From NCBI GenBank assembly GCA_037917675.1, contig JAVCBW010000036.1, positions 27,307 through 91,306 of the forward strand: a stretch of DNA of 64,000 bases, read 5' to 3'. Of the stretch, positions 9,685 to 19,827 are shown in pieces; positions within the stretch are counted from its first letter, which is position 1; each line of letters opens with the position of its first letter. The notes under the pieces were generated by a model. The model saw only the letters and a program-made list of their open reading frames with translations, did not search any database and was not told the origin of the DNA. The position numbers and the translations under genes are program-made. Origin of the DNA: Thermoproteota archaeon. GTDB taxonomy: Archaea; Korarchaeota; Korarchaeia; B14-G2.

Positions 9685-11118
9685 ATGATCACAGCTATGT
9701 TTACTCTAACACTCTTCATCCTAGCTGGAGTAGGCCTCTCTATCCCTGCCCTAGACTATGTTCTCCTCAAAGGCAGGAGGAGGACAGCTCCATACCTCAC
9801 GCTGGCTACTATGGCTATCGCTCTAGCAGTATATGCTATGATGGCAGCATACCTGTTTTCATCGAGTAGCATAGCAATGTTCGATGGTGCGCTCAGACTA
9901 GACTTCTATGGTGCATTTCTAGGAGCATTAGTGGTAGCTGGAGCACTACTTGTGGCAGTGGCAAGCTTCCCAGAGGCCTCAAAATGGCCTCTCTCCCCAA
10001 GCTTCTACTCCCTACTCTTACTGGCACTAATGGGAGTCGAGGTCATGCTGTACATAGCAGACCTAGTGGTGCTTTTAGTCACATGGGCTCTAGTAGCGGT
10101 AGCATCCTATGTGCTAGTAGGCATAAGAAAGGATGAGGCCTCTGCTGAGGGAGCAGCTAAATATGCTCTGATGGGTGTGGCATCTTCATCACTCATGGTC
10201 TATGGTATAGCAGTCCTCTATGGGCTCACTGGCTCAACAGCTCTCCCACCGAAGTCACCACAGCAAGGCTTCCTCCTCTTCTCAGCTGGGGTAATGCTCC
10301 TAGTAGCATCATTTGGTTTCAAACTTGGAGTAGTACCGTTCCATGGCTGGCTTCCAGACGTCTATGGTGGAGTACATCCCCTCATAGTGTCTTACATAGC
10401 TGGCGTAGTTAAGGTAGTAGGCATCATAGCTCTGGTCAGAGTACTATACCCTCTAGCTCCAGCTCTAGGCATCAAGTGGACTCAGCTCCTAGCAGTCCTC
10501 TCGATAGCAACGATGACCTTTGGCAATATAGTGGCGCTAGTACAGCAGAATGTCCAGAGGATGATGGCCTATAGTAGCATAGCGCACGCAGGCTACCTTC
10601 TAGTCGGGCTAGCAGCTGCAGTGAGCCCTGCTGGAAGGCCCTATGGGATACAGGGAGTAGCACTACACATGGCAGCCTACATACTAGCGAAGGTAGGCAT
10701 ATTCCTAGGCCTAGCATACCTAGCTCGAAAGGGAGTAGAGCTGACCTTATCAGGCATAAGTGGAGTAGGCAGGACGATGCCAGCTATATCTCTAGGGATC
10801 GCTGTTCAGGTAATAAGCCTGATGGGGATTCCACCATTCCTAGGGTTCTGGAGCAAATTCATCTACTTGTTCCTCTCAGTATTCGATATCGCACCAGGCC
10901 TAGCTCTTGTAGCAATAATTAACAGTGGAATATCAGTGGGATACTATGCTCAGGTGCTGAGACAAATGTACTTCCCAAAAGAGCCTCCTAAGGAAGCCAG
11001 GGAGGAGGCTGTGACAGACCCTGCTGTCATAGCAGTCCTGATAACAGCTATAGCAACAGTAGCACTAGGGTTAGGCCCAGCAGTAGCGTTAGCACCTAGG
11101 CTCATACCAGCAACATAA
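9685..11118 (+). CDS. nuoN: Complex I-like antiporter subunit N
   Basis: FKLGVVPFHGWLPDVY, RMMAYSSIAHAGY. Confidence 0.92.
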   Translation: MITAMFTLTLFILAGVGLSIPALDYVLLKGRRRTAPYLTLATMAIALAVYAMMAAYLFSSSSIAMFDGALRLDFYGAFLGALVVAGALLVAVASFPEASKWPLSPSFYSLLLLALMGVEVMLYIADLVVLLVTWALVAVASYVLVGIRKDEASAEGAAKYALMGVASSSLMVYGIAVLYGLTGSTALPPKSPQQGFLLFSAGVMLLVASFGFKLGVVPFHGWLPDVYGGVHPLIVSYIAGVVKVVGIIALVRVLYPLAPALGIKWTQLLAVLSIATMTFGNIVALVQQNVQRMMAYSSIAHAGYLLVGLAAAVSPAGRPYGIQGVALHMAAYILAKVGIFLGLAYLARKGVELTLSGISGVGRTMPAISLGIAVQVISLMGIPPFLGFWSKFIYLFLSVFDIAPGLALVAIINSGISVGYYAQVLRQMYFPKEPPKEAREEAVTDPAVIAVLITAIATVALGLGPAVALAPRLIPAT

Positions 11119-11232
11119 CCCAATCTACTTTCTTAGATGGCATAATTCAATCTAGAATATTCCTTCACCCTACTGGAGCACCTTACGTCACCCTTAGAAC
11201 CTTTATAATGTCCTAATAGCTGCGGTCATGAG

Positions 11233-12378
11233 ATGAGAGTAGACCTCCTCATTGTCGGCGGCGGCCCAGCAGGAGCTTCCCTAGCATACCTTGCTTCTAG
11301 GGCAGGCTTTAAAGTCACTGTTGTCGAGAGGAAGCATACTCCAGAGCAGCCTACCATCTGTGGTGAGTACCTGCCTGACTGGGATGTCCTCAGGAGCAGT
11401 CTATCAAGCTATAAGGATATGCTTCAATTCATATCAGACAGATTTTACAGCCAGGAGCTAGCTCTAAACAGAACAGAGACGCTAACATTAAATTTCTCAG
11501 GTGTGAAAGCTACTTTCAGGTTCAGAGGGCTGGTTATAGATAGAGCTAAGGCAGTATCTACCCTGCTAGAGGAAGCTGAGTCACATGGAGCCAATATACT
11601 GCTCTCAACATGGTACTATGGAAGTAAGATTCACAGTGACAAGGTGGTCTCTAAAATAGGATCTAGCAGCGTGGAATCAAGCTATCTGATAGCTGCTGAT
11701 GGCTATCTATCTCTTGCAGCCAAGTCAGCCCATCTCAGCTCCCAGCTTCCTCCAGAGGATGTAGCTTTAGTAACTTTGCAGAGAACAAAATGTGAACACA
11801 ATGAAGACGATGTCTACATGGAGTTCAGTAGGATAGCTCCAGGAGGATATGCCTTCATAATACCAAGAGGAGGACTCTATAACATCGGAGTAGGCTATCC
11901 AAGGTCTCATAGGAAGAAAGTAACACTAGCACATAGAGAGTTCCTAAGAAAAGTAAAGGCTACACCAGCTGGCAGCAAGATACATGCTAAGCTACTCCCA
12001 GTAGGAGGTCTAGTTAAGAAACCTACAGCAAGCAGAGTACTGCTGATAGGTGATGCAGTTGGTGCAGTAATGCCGACAAACGGGGGAGGGGTTCCTCTAG
12101 CAGCTCTAACAGCATGCTTAGCGGCGAAGGCTCTCCAATCAGAGAGGCCGGAAGAAGAATACACGTGCCTTCTAAAGCCTCTGTCACGCCTGCTCCAAAC
12201 AGGCCTAGTAGCTAGGAGAATAGGAGAAAAGCTAGTATTCAATAAGATCCTGGCAAAGACTATGCTTAAAGCGATCCCAAAGACGGTGATCCTAGCGGCT
12301 TTATCGATGGATATGAGAGCAAAGACACTGCAGCTCATAAAACACTGGTTAGTACTCTCTAAACCCGATAGCTTCTAG
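11233..12378 (+). CDS. Geranylgeranyl reductase-family FAD-dependent oxidoreductase
   Basis: IVGGGPAG, ICGEYLP, APGGYAFIIP, IGDAVG..NGGGV. Confidence 0.85.
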   Translation: MRVDLLIVGGGPAGASLAYLASRAGFKVTVVERKHTPEQPTICGEYLPDWDVLRSSLSSYKDMLQFISDRFYSQELALNRTETLTLNFSGVKATFRFRGLVIDRAKAVSTLLEEAESHGANILLSTWYYGSKIHSDKVVSKIGSSSVESSYLIAADGYLSLAAKSAHLSSQLPPEDVALVTLQRTKCEHNEDDVYMEFSRIAPGGYAFIIPRGGLYNIGVGYPRSHRKKVTLAHREFLRKVKATPAGSKIHAKLLPVGGLVKKPTASRVLLIGDAVGAVMPTNGGGVPLAALTACLAAKALQSERPEEEYTCLLKPLSRLLQTGLVARRIGEKLVFNKILAKTMLKAIPKTVILAALSMDMRAKTLQLIKHWLVLSKPDSF

Positions 12379-12519
12379 CATGTAGCTGCCGCATGCAAGC
12401 ATCATATCTAACTGGCGGCTGGCAACATAAAACAGTGTACATCATGGCATGGAGCTAACCTGCTGCATTGCATGCTGAGTATGCTTCCTTACATGTAGCC
12501 TATCCTGAGCTCTGCTTTC

Positions 12520-13305
12520 CTATAGTGGTAATTTATGGAGTATTTCTGAGAGCTCCTCTACAAACCTAGTCTGCAGAAGTTTTTCAGGATCACCATGGTC
12601 TGCTGCCAGAGAGGCTTCTGGATCAAGTGGGAGCCTGCCGAGAAATGCTACTTGAAGCTCCCTAGCCAGCTTCTCTGCAGCTCCCTCTCCAAACAGCTTT
12701 ACCTCGCCTTCTCCGAGTATTAATGTCGACATATTCTCTATGACTCCAAGCAATTTCACATTCATATCCTTCAGGAGCATACCTGCTCTTTTAGCTACTC
12801 TGGCTGAGAGAGCTGATGGAGTAGTCACTAGAATACATCCTCTTCTTTCCGGAATATGCTCTATGGCTGCCAGCATTTCGTCTCCTGTTCCCGGTGGGAG
12901 ATCTACTACAAGCAGATCTAAGCTACCCCAGTCTGTTAAAGCTAGCAGCTCTCTGATAACTTCACGCTTCCCAGCTCCGCCAGCTGGGAAAGGGTTCTCT
13001 CCAGCGAAGAACTCTACCGACATAACCCTCACTCCCATTTTCTCAAGTGGTATGATCCCGCTTTCACCCTCTACTGGAGCTCCAGTGATGCCGAGTATGG
13101 CTGCAGAAGAGGGCCCATGTAGATCTAAGTCTAAGAGGCCAGTTCTCATGCCATCAGAGGCCTTAGTTAGAGCTATCGCAGCTGAAATCAGGCTCTTGCC
13201 TACTCCCCCCTTCCCGCTTGCAACCATCAGCGTGTACCCTATTTCAGAGAACCTCTTTGGTATCAGCACGCTTCTATAGTCTAGCTTACTCCAGCTCGAC
13301 CTCAA
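12520..13305 (-). CDS. Mrp/MinD-family P-loop ATPase, likely ATPase-type HypB partner of HypA
   Basis: SGKGGVGKS, DLPPGTGD, ENMS without the CxxC; overlaps hypA. Confidence 0.8.
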   Translation of the reverse strand: MRSSWSKLDYRSVLIPKRFSEIGYTLMVASGKGGVGKSLISAAIALTKASDGMRTGLLDLDLHGPSSAAILGITGAPVEGESGIIPLEKMGVRVMSVEFFAGENPFPAGGAGKREVIRELLALTDWGSLDLLVVDLPPGTGDEMLAAIEHIPERRGCILVTTPSALSARVAKRAGMLLKDMNVKLLGVIENMSTLILGEGEVKLFGEGAAEKLARELQVAFLGRLPLDPEASLAADHGDPEKLLQTRFVEELSEILHKLPL

Positions 13306-13687
13306 CGATCTTCACACTCCTACCTGACTCTATCTCAAAGTCTCTTCCACCACACCTAGGGCATCTCGAGAACGAAGAGACCAGCTCTGGTAGGAAGTGC
13401 ATCATCTCCCTTTCATCTTCTGAGAGGGGCCCTATAAGCTCTCTGAAGCCTAGCGTTGCCCCACAGCTCAAGCACTTCACTCCAGCAGCCTCTGCCTCAA
13501 CAGAGAACTCAGCTCCCTCCAGCTCTGTCTTCTTAACCATATCCCTCAAGAGCTCTCTGATTAGCTCTATGCTAAACCCTGCCAGCTCACCTACTGCAAC
13601 CCTAAACCTCACTACCCTTTTCCCCTCCTGCCTAGCATACCTTGACACTGCTTCTACGATGCCACTTACAACCACAAGTTCATGCAT
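13286..13687 (-). CDS. hypA: Hydrogenase nickel incorporation protein HypA
   Basis: N-terminal MHE, CLSC and CPRC zinc sites. Confidence 0.93.
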   Translation of the reverse strand: MHELVVVSGIVEAVSRYARQEGKRVVRFRVAVGELAGFSIELIRELLRDMVKKTELEGAEFSVEAEAAGVKCLSCGATLGFRELIGPLSEDEREMMHFLPELVSSFSRCPRCGGRDFEIESGRSVKIVEVELE

Positions 13688-13865
13688 CCTCCCTCCCCTA
13701 TCTGTCTCCAGTTAATTTCTTAAACCCATGCCACGGATCTAGCCTCTCCCATGGACACTACCTTGAACCCTGCCTACTCAGCTTAAGATTTGCATACCAC
13801 ATGTGTACAGACCCATGAATAGCTATATATAAGTCAGCTAATGGAGGGTTTGCCGGTGAACAGCC

Positions 13866-14978
13866 TTGGCTGACCCCACCGAGTCTTCTCTCGATCACAG
13901 CTATCTGGAGATGAAGAGGCGTGATTTCCTGAAGCTTGCTGCCGTAACCGGCACCTCCATAGCGCTCTCACAGGTTAAGCCTATTGTCCTGGAGGTATTA
14001 GCTCAAGCGAAGGACTACGTACACATCTGCTGGCTGAATGGAGCAGGATGCACAGGCTGCAGCATATCCTTCGCTCAGGCAGCTGACCCAGACATCATAG
14101 AAGTGCTCTGCAGCATAACAGTAGGGAACTCAGGGCTTCCAATAGCTCTACCAGACTGGATGTATGTCATACACCCTGCAGCCGGCACCCTAGGAGTAGA
14201 GCTCATAGAGGAGTGGATAGCTCACAAGGGACCAGGCCCCAAAATCATGGTAGTAGAGGGAGCAGTGCAGAAACCAGGCTTCTGTGAGACAGGTGAAAGA
14301 GACTTTAGAGACTGGGTCAAAGACTGTGCTGCTGCAGCAGACTACATAGTCGCATTCGGCTCATGCTCAGCCTACGGAGGCATCCCTCATGCTAAAGGTA
14401 ACGTCACTGGAGCAATGGGGGTACAGGAGTTCCTAAAGCAAGCTGGGATGGCTGAGAAAGCGAAGGCCGTTATAAACCTCCCAAGGTGCCCTGGGCACCC
14501 AGACAGCCTGATACTGACCCTAGCAAGCCTGATAGTAGGCGTAGTCCCAAAGCTAGATAGATACAATAGGCCTCTAATGTTCTATGGGAGGAACATGCAT
14601 GAGGAGCTTTGCCCATATAGGCCCTTCTATGACAGAGGCATCTTCGCTGAGTTCGGGCAGAGCGAGCAGGGATGCAGGTTTAAGATAGGATGTAAGGGCC
14701 CAGTGGCTTGGACAGACTGTGCTCTGAGGAAGTGGAACAATGGGGTAGCATACTGTGTTGAGGTCGGTGCACCATGCATAGGCTGCTCTGAGCCAGACTT
14801 TCCAGACGGCGATACAGCACCCTTCTTTAAGGAGCTCCCTACACTGCCGACGATACTAGGGATACCAGTGGAGACGTGGGCTAAGGCATTCGCTGGGGCA
14901 GCTGCAGTAGGTGTCGGAATACACCTAGCAAAGAAGATTGCTACGAGAGGAAAGGAGGGGGAGGAGGGAGGTGAGTGA
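13866..14978 (+). CDS. Group 1 [NiFe]-hydrogenase small subunit with Tat signal and C-terminal anchor
   Basis: KRRDFLK twin-arginine motif, GCTGCS, RCPGHP, GCKGP, PCIGCSEPDFPD, hydrophobic tail. Confidence 0.93.
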   Translation: MADPTESSLDHSYLEMKRRDFLKLAAVTGTSIALSQVKPIVLEVLAQAKDYVHICWLNGAGCTGCSISFAQAADPDIIEVLCSITVGNSGLPIALPDWMYVIHPAAGTLGVELIEEWIAHKGPGPKIMVVEGAVQKPGFCETGERDFRDWVKDCAAAADYIVAFGSCSAYGGIPHAKGNVTGAMGVQEFLKQAGMAEKAKAVINLPRCPGHPDSLILTLASLIVGVVPKLDRYNRPLMFYGRNMHEELCPYRPFYDRGIFAEFGQSEQGCRFKIGCKGPVAWTDCALRKWNNGVAYCVEVGAPCIGCSEPDFPDGDTAPFFKELPTLPTILGIPVETWAKAFAGAAAVGVGIHLAKKIATRGKEGEEGGE

Positions 14979-16708
14979 GCTTGGCCAAGTTTAGAGTGGA
15001 TCCTATCAGCAGAATTGAGGGCCACCTCAAGATAGAGTGTAAGATCGAGAGGAAACCTGAGCTGAACAACGAGTACTTTGTGACAGAATGCAAGGCTCCA
15101 GTCACGATGTTCAGAGGATTTGAGATATTCCTCAGAGGGAGAGACCCTCGTGATGCTGTGCTGATAAACCAGCGCATATGCGGCGTATGCCCACATCCCC
15201 ATGCGCTAGCTACAGTCCAGGCATTAGATGATGCGTTTGACGCTGTACCACCTCCAGCTGCAGTCCTAATCAGGAACATAGCCTCAAGTGCCTATTACCT
15301 ATACGACCACCTGATACACTTCTACCTTCTGATAGGCCCTGAGCTAGCTGTCCTAATGGGCCCAGAGCATGGTGCTCCAATACTCCCACCAGTCCTCGGC
15401 AAGGAAGGGCTGGCGAAGGGAATAGGTACACACTATGCGGAGTGCGTCAGGGTGCAGCGTAGAGCTAACCAAGTTGTCGCACTGTGGACAGGGAAGTTTC
15501 CTCATGCAGCAAACTACTATCCTGGTGGAGTCTTAGTTGAGCCGACCCTAGACAGGATAGCTAAGTCTGTTGCAGCCATGGTAGATGTCTGGGAGTTTGT
15601 AGCCTTAACTCACATACAGGACATAATGAACCTGATAGAGGCTAATGAGAGGCTAAAGGAGGTGACCGGAGATGCTCTGGGAGCCAATGTAGGGCTAGAG
15701 GACATAGGAGTGACGACAGGGAACTTTCTATCCTATGGGATGCTTCCCTGGCCAGAGGACTATGAGTCAGATTGGCTGGAGACATCAAGGCGTGAGAAGT
15801 CTGTGATAAAGGCAGGCTGCTGGTATGATGGGTCAAGGCATCCACTAGACGAGAATAAAATAACAGAGGATGCCAAGTACTCCTGGTATGATGTTCCTGA
15901 CGGCTTACATCCATGGGAAGGTCAGACCGTTCCAAACCGCAACAAGCCTGGAGCCTACACATGGACTAAGGCACCACGCTACGACGATAGAGTCTGCGAA
16001 GTCGGCCCGCTGGCCAGAATGCTGAACACCATGGGCACAGAGTGGAGGATCCCCAGGGTACATCCGATAACAGGAGAAGATTACGGTGACTTTGTCTATA
16101 GGGTCAGAAACCCTAAGGGATCGGTCCTCGACAGGGTGGTTGCCAGAGCAGCTTGTGCCCTGATATGTGCTAATGTAGCATTCGATTTCCTGAAAAGTCT
16201 AGCTAGCCTGGTCAAGGCAGGGATGGCAAAGAACCTAAACTACAAGCCAGTACCAAAGGAGGCTAATGGAAGGGGGCTATGGGAGGCTCCAAGGGGAGCA
16301 CTAGGCCACTGGGTCAAGATAAAGGGATACAAGATAGAGAGCTGGCAGGCAATAGTCCCAGGAACATGGAACTGGAGCCCACGTGATAGCAAAGACAGGC
16401 CAGGAGCAGGAGAGCATGCAATCCAATGTGGGACGACATGGATACCTACACTGACAGTGCCTGAGCTAGCTAACGCACTGTACCCAGGCTGGGGGGACAC
16501 CGTAGCAATGGCTTTAACAAAGCTCAACCCGAAGCTGGCTGGCCTCAACATGGAGCCAACTGACACAGGTGAGAAGGTTAATGCTACCCTACCGCTGATA
16601 ATAGTAAGATCGTTTGACCCCTGCCTGGCGTGTGGTGTGCACATCATATCACCGAGTAAGAAGACCTATGTGTTTGAGCTCAAGCATGGCTTATGCAGCC
16701 TATACTAG
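14975..16708 (+). CDS. Group 1 [NiFe]-hydrogenase large subunit
   Basis: DPISRIEGH, RICGVC, RSFDPCLACGVH plus cleavable C-terminal extension. Confidence 0.95.
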   Translation: MSLAKFRVDPISRIEGHLKIECKIERKPELNNEYFVTECKAPVTMFRGFEIFLRGRDPRDAVLINQRICGVCPHPHALATVQALDDAFDAVPPPAAVLIRNIASSAYYLYDHLIHFYLLIGPELAVLMGPEHGAPILPPVLGKEGLAKGIGTHYAECVRVQRRANQVVALWTGKFPHAANYYPGGVLVEPTLDRIAKSVAAMVDVWEFVALTHIQDIMNLIEANERLKEVTGDALGANVGLEDIGVTTGNFLSYGMLPWPEDYESDWLETSRREKSVIKAGCWYDGSRHPLDENKITEDAKYSWYDVPDGLHPWEGQTVPNRNKPGAYTWTKAPRYDDRVCEVGPLARMLNTMGTEWRIPRVHPITGEDYGDFVYRVRNPKGSVLDRVVARAACALICANVAFDFLKSLASLVKAGMAKNLNYKPVPKEANGRGLWEAPRGALGHWVKIKGYKIESWQAIVPGTWNWSPRDSKDRPGAGEHAIQCGTTWIPTLTVPELANALYPGWGDTVAMALTKLNPKLAGLNMEPTDTGEKVNATLPLIIVRSFDPCLACGVHIISPSKKTYVFELKHGLCSLY

Positions 16709-16717
16709 GTGTCCTCT

Positions 16718-17374
16718 ATGAAGCTGAAGAGGGTTCGAGTTAAGCGGCATACGCTGGTTTTCAGGATACTACACTGGCTCATAGTAGTGGAAGGTATCAC
16801 ACTGGGGCTAACAGGCCTCCAGCTTGGTGGAATATGGGGTGTCAGGATACTGCCAGGTGGGATGACGAGAGCAGTACACGTCGTAGCAGGGTTAGCATGG
16901 TTCTTCACGGCTCTCCTCTTCACCCAATACTTCCTGTCCAAGGACTACAAGTGGTATAGCATAGGGAGGATCCCCTACTCGATATCATACATGATAGCAG
17001 AAGCTAAAGCATGGCTTGGAATAGGCCCCCACCTAGAGGAGCCGATAAGATACGACCCTAAGAGGAAGAGGTATGTAGAGAAGATAGTGCCGACAGAAGC
17101 CATGGTATGGTGGATTTTCCTGGTATTAGGCTTGATAATAGCTTTCACAGGGCTGGCGCTAGCTTTCACAGAGTACTTCCCCCTAGTCTATGAGATAGCT
17201 GGAGGCCTAGCAGCAGTCCTTGGAGGAGGACCATACTCCATGGTCAGAGCAATACATAGAGCAGCTGCAGCAGCGATCCTAGGAGTAGTCATATTACACG
17301 CCTATGCGGCAGTAGTCTTCAAGATGCTCCGAGCAATAACCCTAGGGTACAGAGATGAGCCAGTAGCCGAGTAG
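16718..17374 (+). CDS. Hydrogenase cytochrome b subunit
   Basis: RILHW, RAVH, RAIH, ILHAY His ligands in 4 TM segments; follows the large subunit. Confidence 0.88.
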   Translation: MKLKRVRVKRHTLVFRILHWLIVVEGITLGLTGLQLGGIWGVRILPGGMTRAVHVVAGLAWFFTALLFTQYFLSKDYKWYSIGRIPYSISYMIAEAKAWLGIGPHLEEPIRYDPKRKRYVEKIVPTEAMVWWIFLVLGLIIAFTGLALAFTEYFPLVYEIAGGLAAVLGGGPYSMVRAIHRAAAAAILGVVILHAYAAVVFKMLRAITLGYRDEPVAE

Positions 17375-17393
17375 CACTCCTATTTTTTCTAAG

Positions 17394-17870
17394 TTGAGGA
17401 TAGTAGTTGTTGGAATAGGGAATATACTGAGTGGAGATGAGGGGGTAGGTGTTCATATAGCTAGGAAGCTGAAGGCATATAGGCTTCCTCCAGGAGTAGA
17501 GGTTTATGACTGTGGGACAAGCGGGGTAGCTCTCTTAGAGGCACTAGATGGAGCAGATAAAGCCATCATAGTAGATGCAGCTTTAACTGGAGGTAAGCCA
17601 GGGGAGATATCGAGGCTAACCTTAAGTGACCTAGAGAAGCTAGAGTCTTCTCTCCTCACTATGGCATCACTACACCACCTAGACCTAGTAACTACACTAC
17701 ATGTAGCTAAGCTGACAGACGCATATAAGCTACCTAAGGATGTGGTTATATTAGGTATTGAGCCATGCTCGCTTGAGCCTAGCATGGAGCTATCTCCTAT
17801 CCTAAAGAGGAAGATGCCTGAGCTGATAACCACTGTGATACAAGAGATCCATCGTCTACTAGGCGAGTAA
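17394..17870 (+). CDS. Hydrogenase maturation protease
   Basis: GIGNILSGDEGVG, IIVDA, SLHH. Confidence 0.92.
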   Translation: MRIVVVGIGNILSGDEGVGVHIARKLKAYRLPPGVEVYDCGTSGVALLEALDGADKAIIVDAALTGGKPGEISRLTLSDLEKLESSLLTMASLHHLDLVTTLHVAKLTDAYKLPKDVVILGIEPCSLEPSMELSPILKRKMPELITTVIQEIHRLLGE

Positions 17871-18064
17871 AATCAATCAGCTGGAGTCGACTTCGATAGA
17901 AGACCCTACAGCTCGTAGCTTCACCAGCATCTGACAGGAGAAGCAAGCTACCGAATCTCCTGTTAGCCAGAAGGACCTATGGGAAAGCTGCTCTTAAGGC
18001 AGTCATCTGCAGCAATTATTAAAAGCCTCCTCGCTGGTGGCTTCCTTGCTAGAGGCTTGCAGCC

Positions 18065-18982
18065 ATGTCATCAGCTGAGCAGCTGCTGAAGAGCAGGCTT
18101 CTGAAGCCTGACCTCACCACTCTAAAGCTAATGGATGCCTACATTAAGCTTACCAAGCCAAAACAGACCTTTCTACTTGTTTTGACGTCAGTATTCACAT
18201 ACATAGGCTTTGGTGGTAGGTCTCTAGCAGATCTCATGAAGCTCCTTACTGCTATCACTTCCTCAGTTTCTGGGTCTACAGCCATCAATATGGTGCTGGA
18301 CTCCGATATAGACTCCATGATGGACAGGACTAGGATGAGGCCTATACCACGTGGCATAGTCTCTGAAGCTAGGGCTGCAGTATTCGGTATCATTCTCATT
18401 TCACTTGGATTAGGGCTGTCTACTCTACTAAACTCATGGGTTGTGTTATCTGTTATGCTCGGTATCATGTTTGACCTGTTAGTGTATACGCTTTGGGCTA
18501 AGAGAAAGACTCCTCTCTCGATAGTATATGGTGGTGTTGCTGGAGGAGCTCCCTCCTTAGCAGGTTATGCTGCTGCAAGAGGGTGTTTAGATCTGGTTTC
18601 TCTCCTCGTAGTGCTGATAACAGCAGCCTGGATTCCAGCTCACGTCTGGTACATTTCAATATACTACATAGAGGACTACAGGAAGGCTGGAGTACCCATG
18701 CTTCCAGTAGCTGTTGGTATAAGACAGGCTGCCAGGATAATCACAGCATTTATAGCTATGATGGTCCTAGCAGAGCTCTTTCTCTTCTTGATAGGAGAGT
18801 TCAGCATCATCTACCTAGCTATAGCTCTGATACCAACCCTCTTCCTTCTCTATAAGGCAGCCATCTATGCTAAGAACCCGAACATAGAAGATGCTAGACG
18901 GATGTATAAGCTGGCTTCACCAGTAGAAGGGCTGGCTTTCATGGCTATGCTAGTAGATCGACTGCTATCAGGCTTCCTATAA
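18065..18982 (+). CDS. ctaB: Protoheme IX farnesyltransferase (heme O synthase, UbiA family)
   Basis: LTKPKQ, DSDIDSMMDRTRMRPIP, EDYRKAGVPMLP. Confidence 0.88.
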   Translation: MSSAEQLLKSRLLKPDLTTLKLMDAYIKLTKPKQTFLLVLTSVFTYIGFGGRSLADLMKLLTAITSSVSGSTAINMVLDSDIDSMMDRTRMRPIPRGIVSEARAAVFGIILISLGLGLSTLLNSWVVLSVMLGIMFDLLVYTLWAKRKTPLSIVYGGVAGGAPSLAGYAAARGCLDLVSLLVVLITAAWIPAHVWYISIYYIEDYRKAGVPMLPVAVGIRQAARIITAFIAMMVLAELFLFLIGEFSIIYLAIALIPTLFLLYKAAIYAKNPNIEDARRMYKLASPVEGLAFMAMLVDRLLSGFL

Positions 18983-18984
18983 CC

Positions 18985-19284
18985 TCACTTTTCCTTTTCC
19001 TCCTCAAGCCGCTGGACGATCTCCTTAGCTATCTCCTCTGTACTCTTCCCCTCAGTGTTTATTCCAAGCTTTTCAGCAGCTTTCATCAAGGCCTCTCTCT
19101 CCTCTGCAGCTTTCCTCTTCTTTTTCTCCTCTACATCCTCCTCTTCCTCAAGAAGGCCTGAACTGGCCTTCCTATACTCGTATATCGCTTTTCCTATGCC
19201 TCTAGCCAATTCAGGAAGCTTTTTCGGCCCAAATAGCAGTAGAGCTATTGCAAGGATAGCCACTACCTCCCACGTACCTAGCAC
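18985..19284 (-). CDS. tatA: Twin-arginine translocase TatA
   Basis: LLLFGPKKLPELARGIGKAIYEYRKA. Confidence 0.95.
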   Translation of the reverse strand: MLGTWEVVAILAIALLLFGPKKLPELARGIGKAIYEYRKASSGLLEEEEDVEEKKKRKAAEEREALMKAAEKLGINTEGKSTEEIAKEIVQRLEEEKEK

Positions 19285-19827
19285 ACTATCCCCAGAGAAG
19301 GTACGGCAGCTATCCCATTTTAAGCTTATACCCCAGCTAGTACATAGACTTATTCCAGCAGATGTGAGTAGGCAAGCGGAATCTGCCTTCTATGATGTTG
19401 TGTTGAGCTCTCTACTGATAGCTGATGGAGACTCATATGACGGTATTAAGTAGCAATAGTGCTCAGCTATAACAGTAGTGCTAGGATGCAGAAGATCATG
19501 ATCTATGTGAGCTCAGAGCTTAAGCAGGGGTGTCAAGGGATAAGACATGGGAGGCTTTTCTCTGAGCCAGCTAGGTCAAATGATGCCACATATTGGCGCT
19601 AAGAGAATCTATGCAGAAGTTTAAGTGCTAGCAGAGGTTCATAGAGGAGAGAAGTCTACTGATAGCAGCTACCGCTACATTGCATGGAAGACTTCTCTCG
19701 TAAAAAGCTCCGTTATGGAGGTTCAAGAAGTGCAGGCTTCTCTGGCACGATGTCACCATGTCATATGCGACGGAAGTATGCTATGGTCTTATAGTAAATT
19801 TTCTTAACAGCAGATTAGGGGGGTCCC

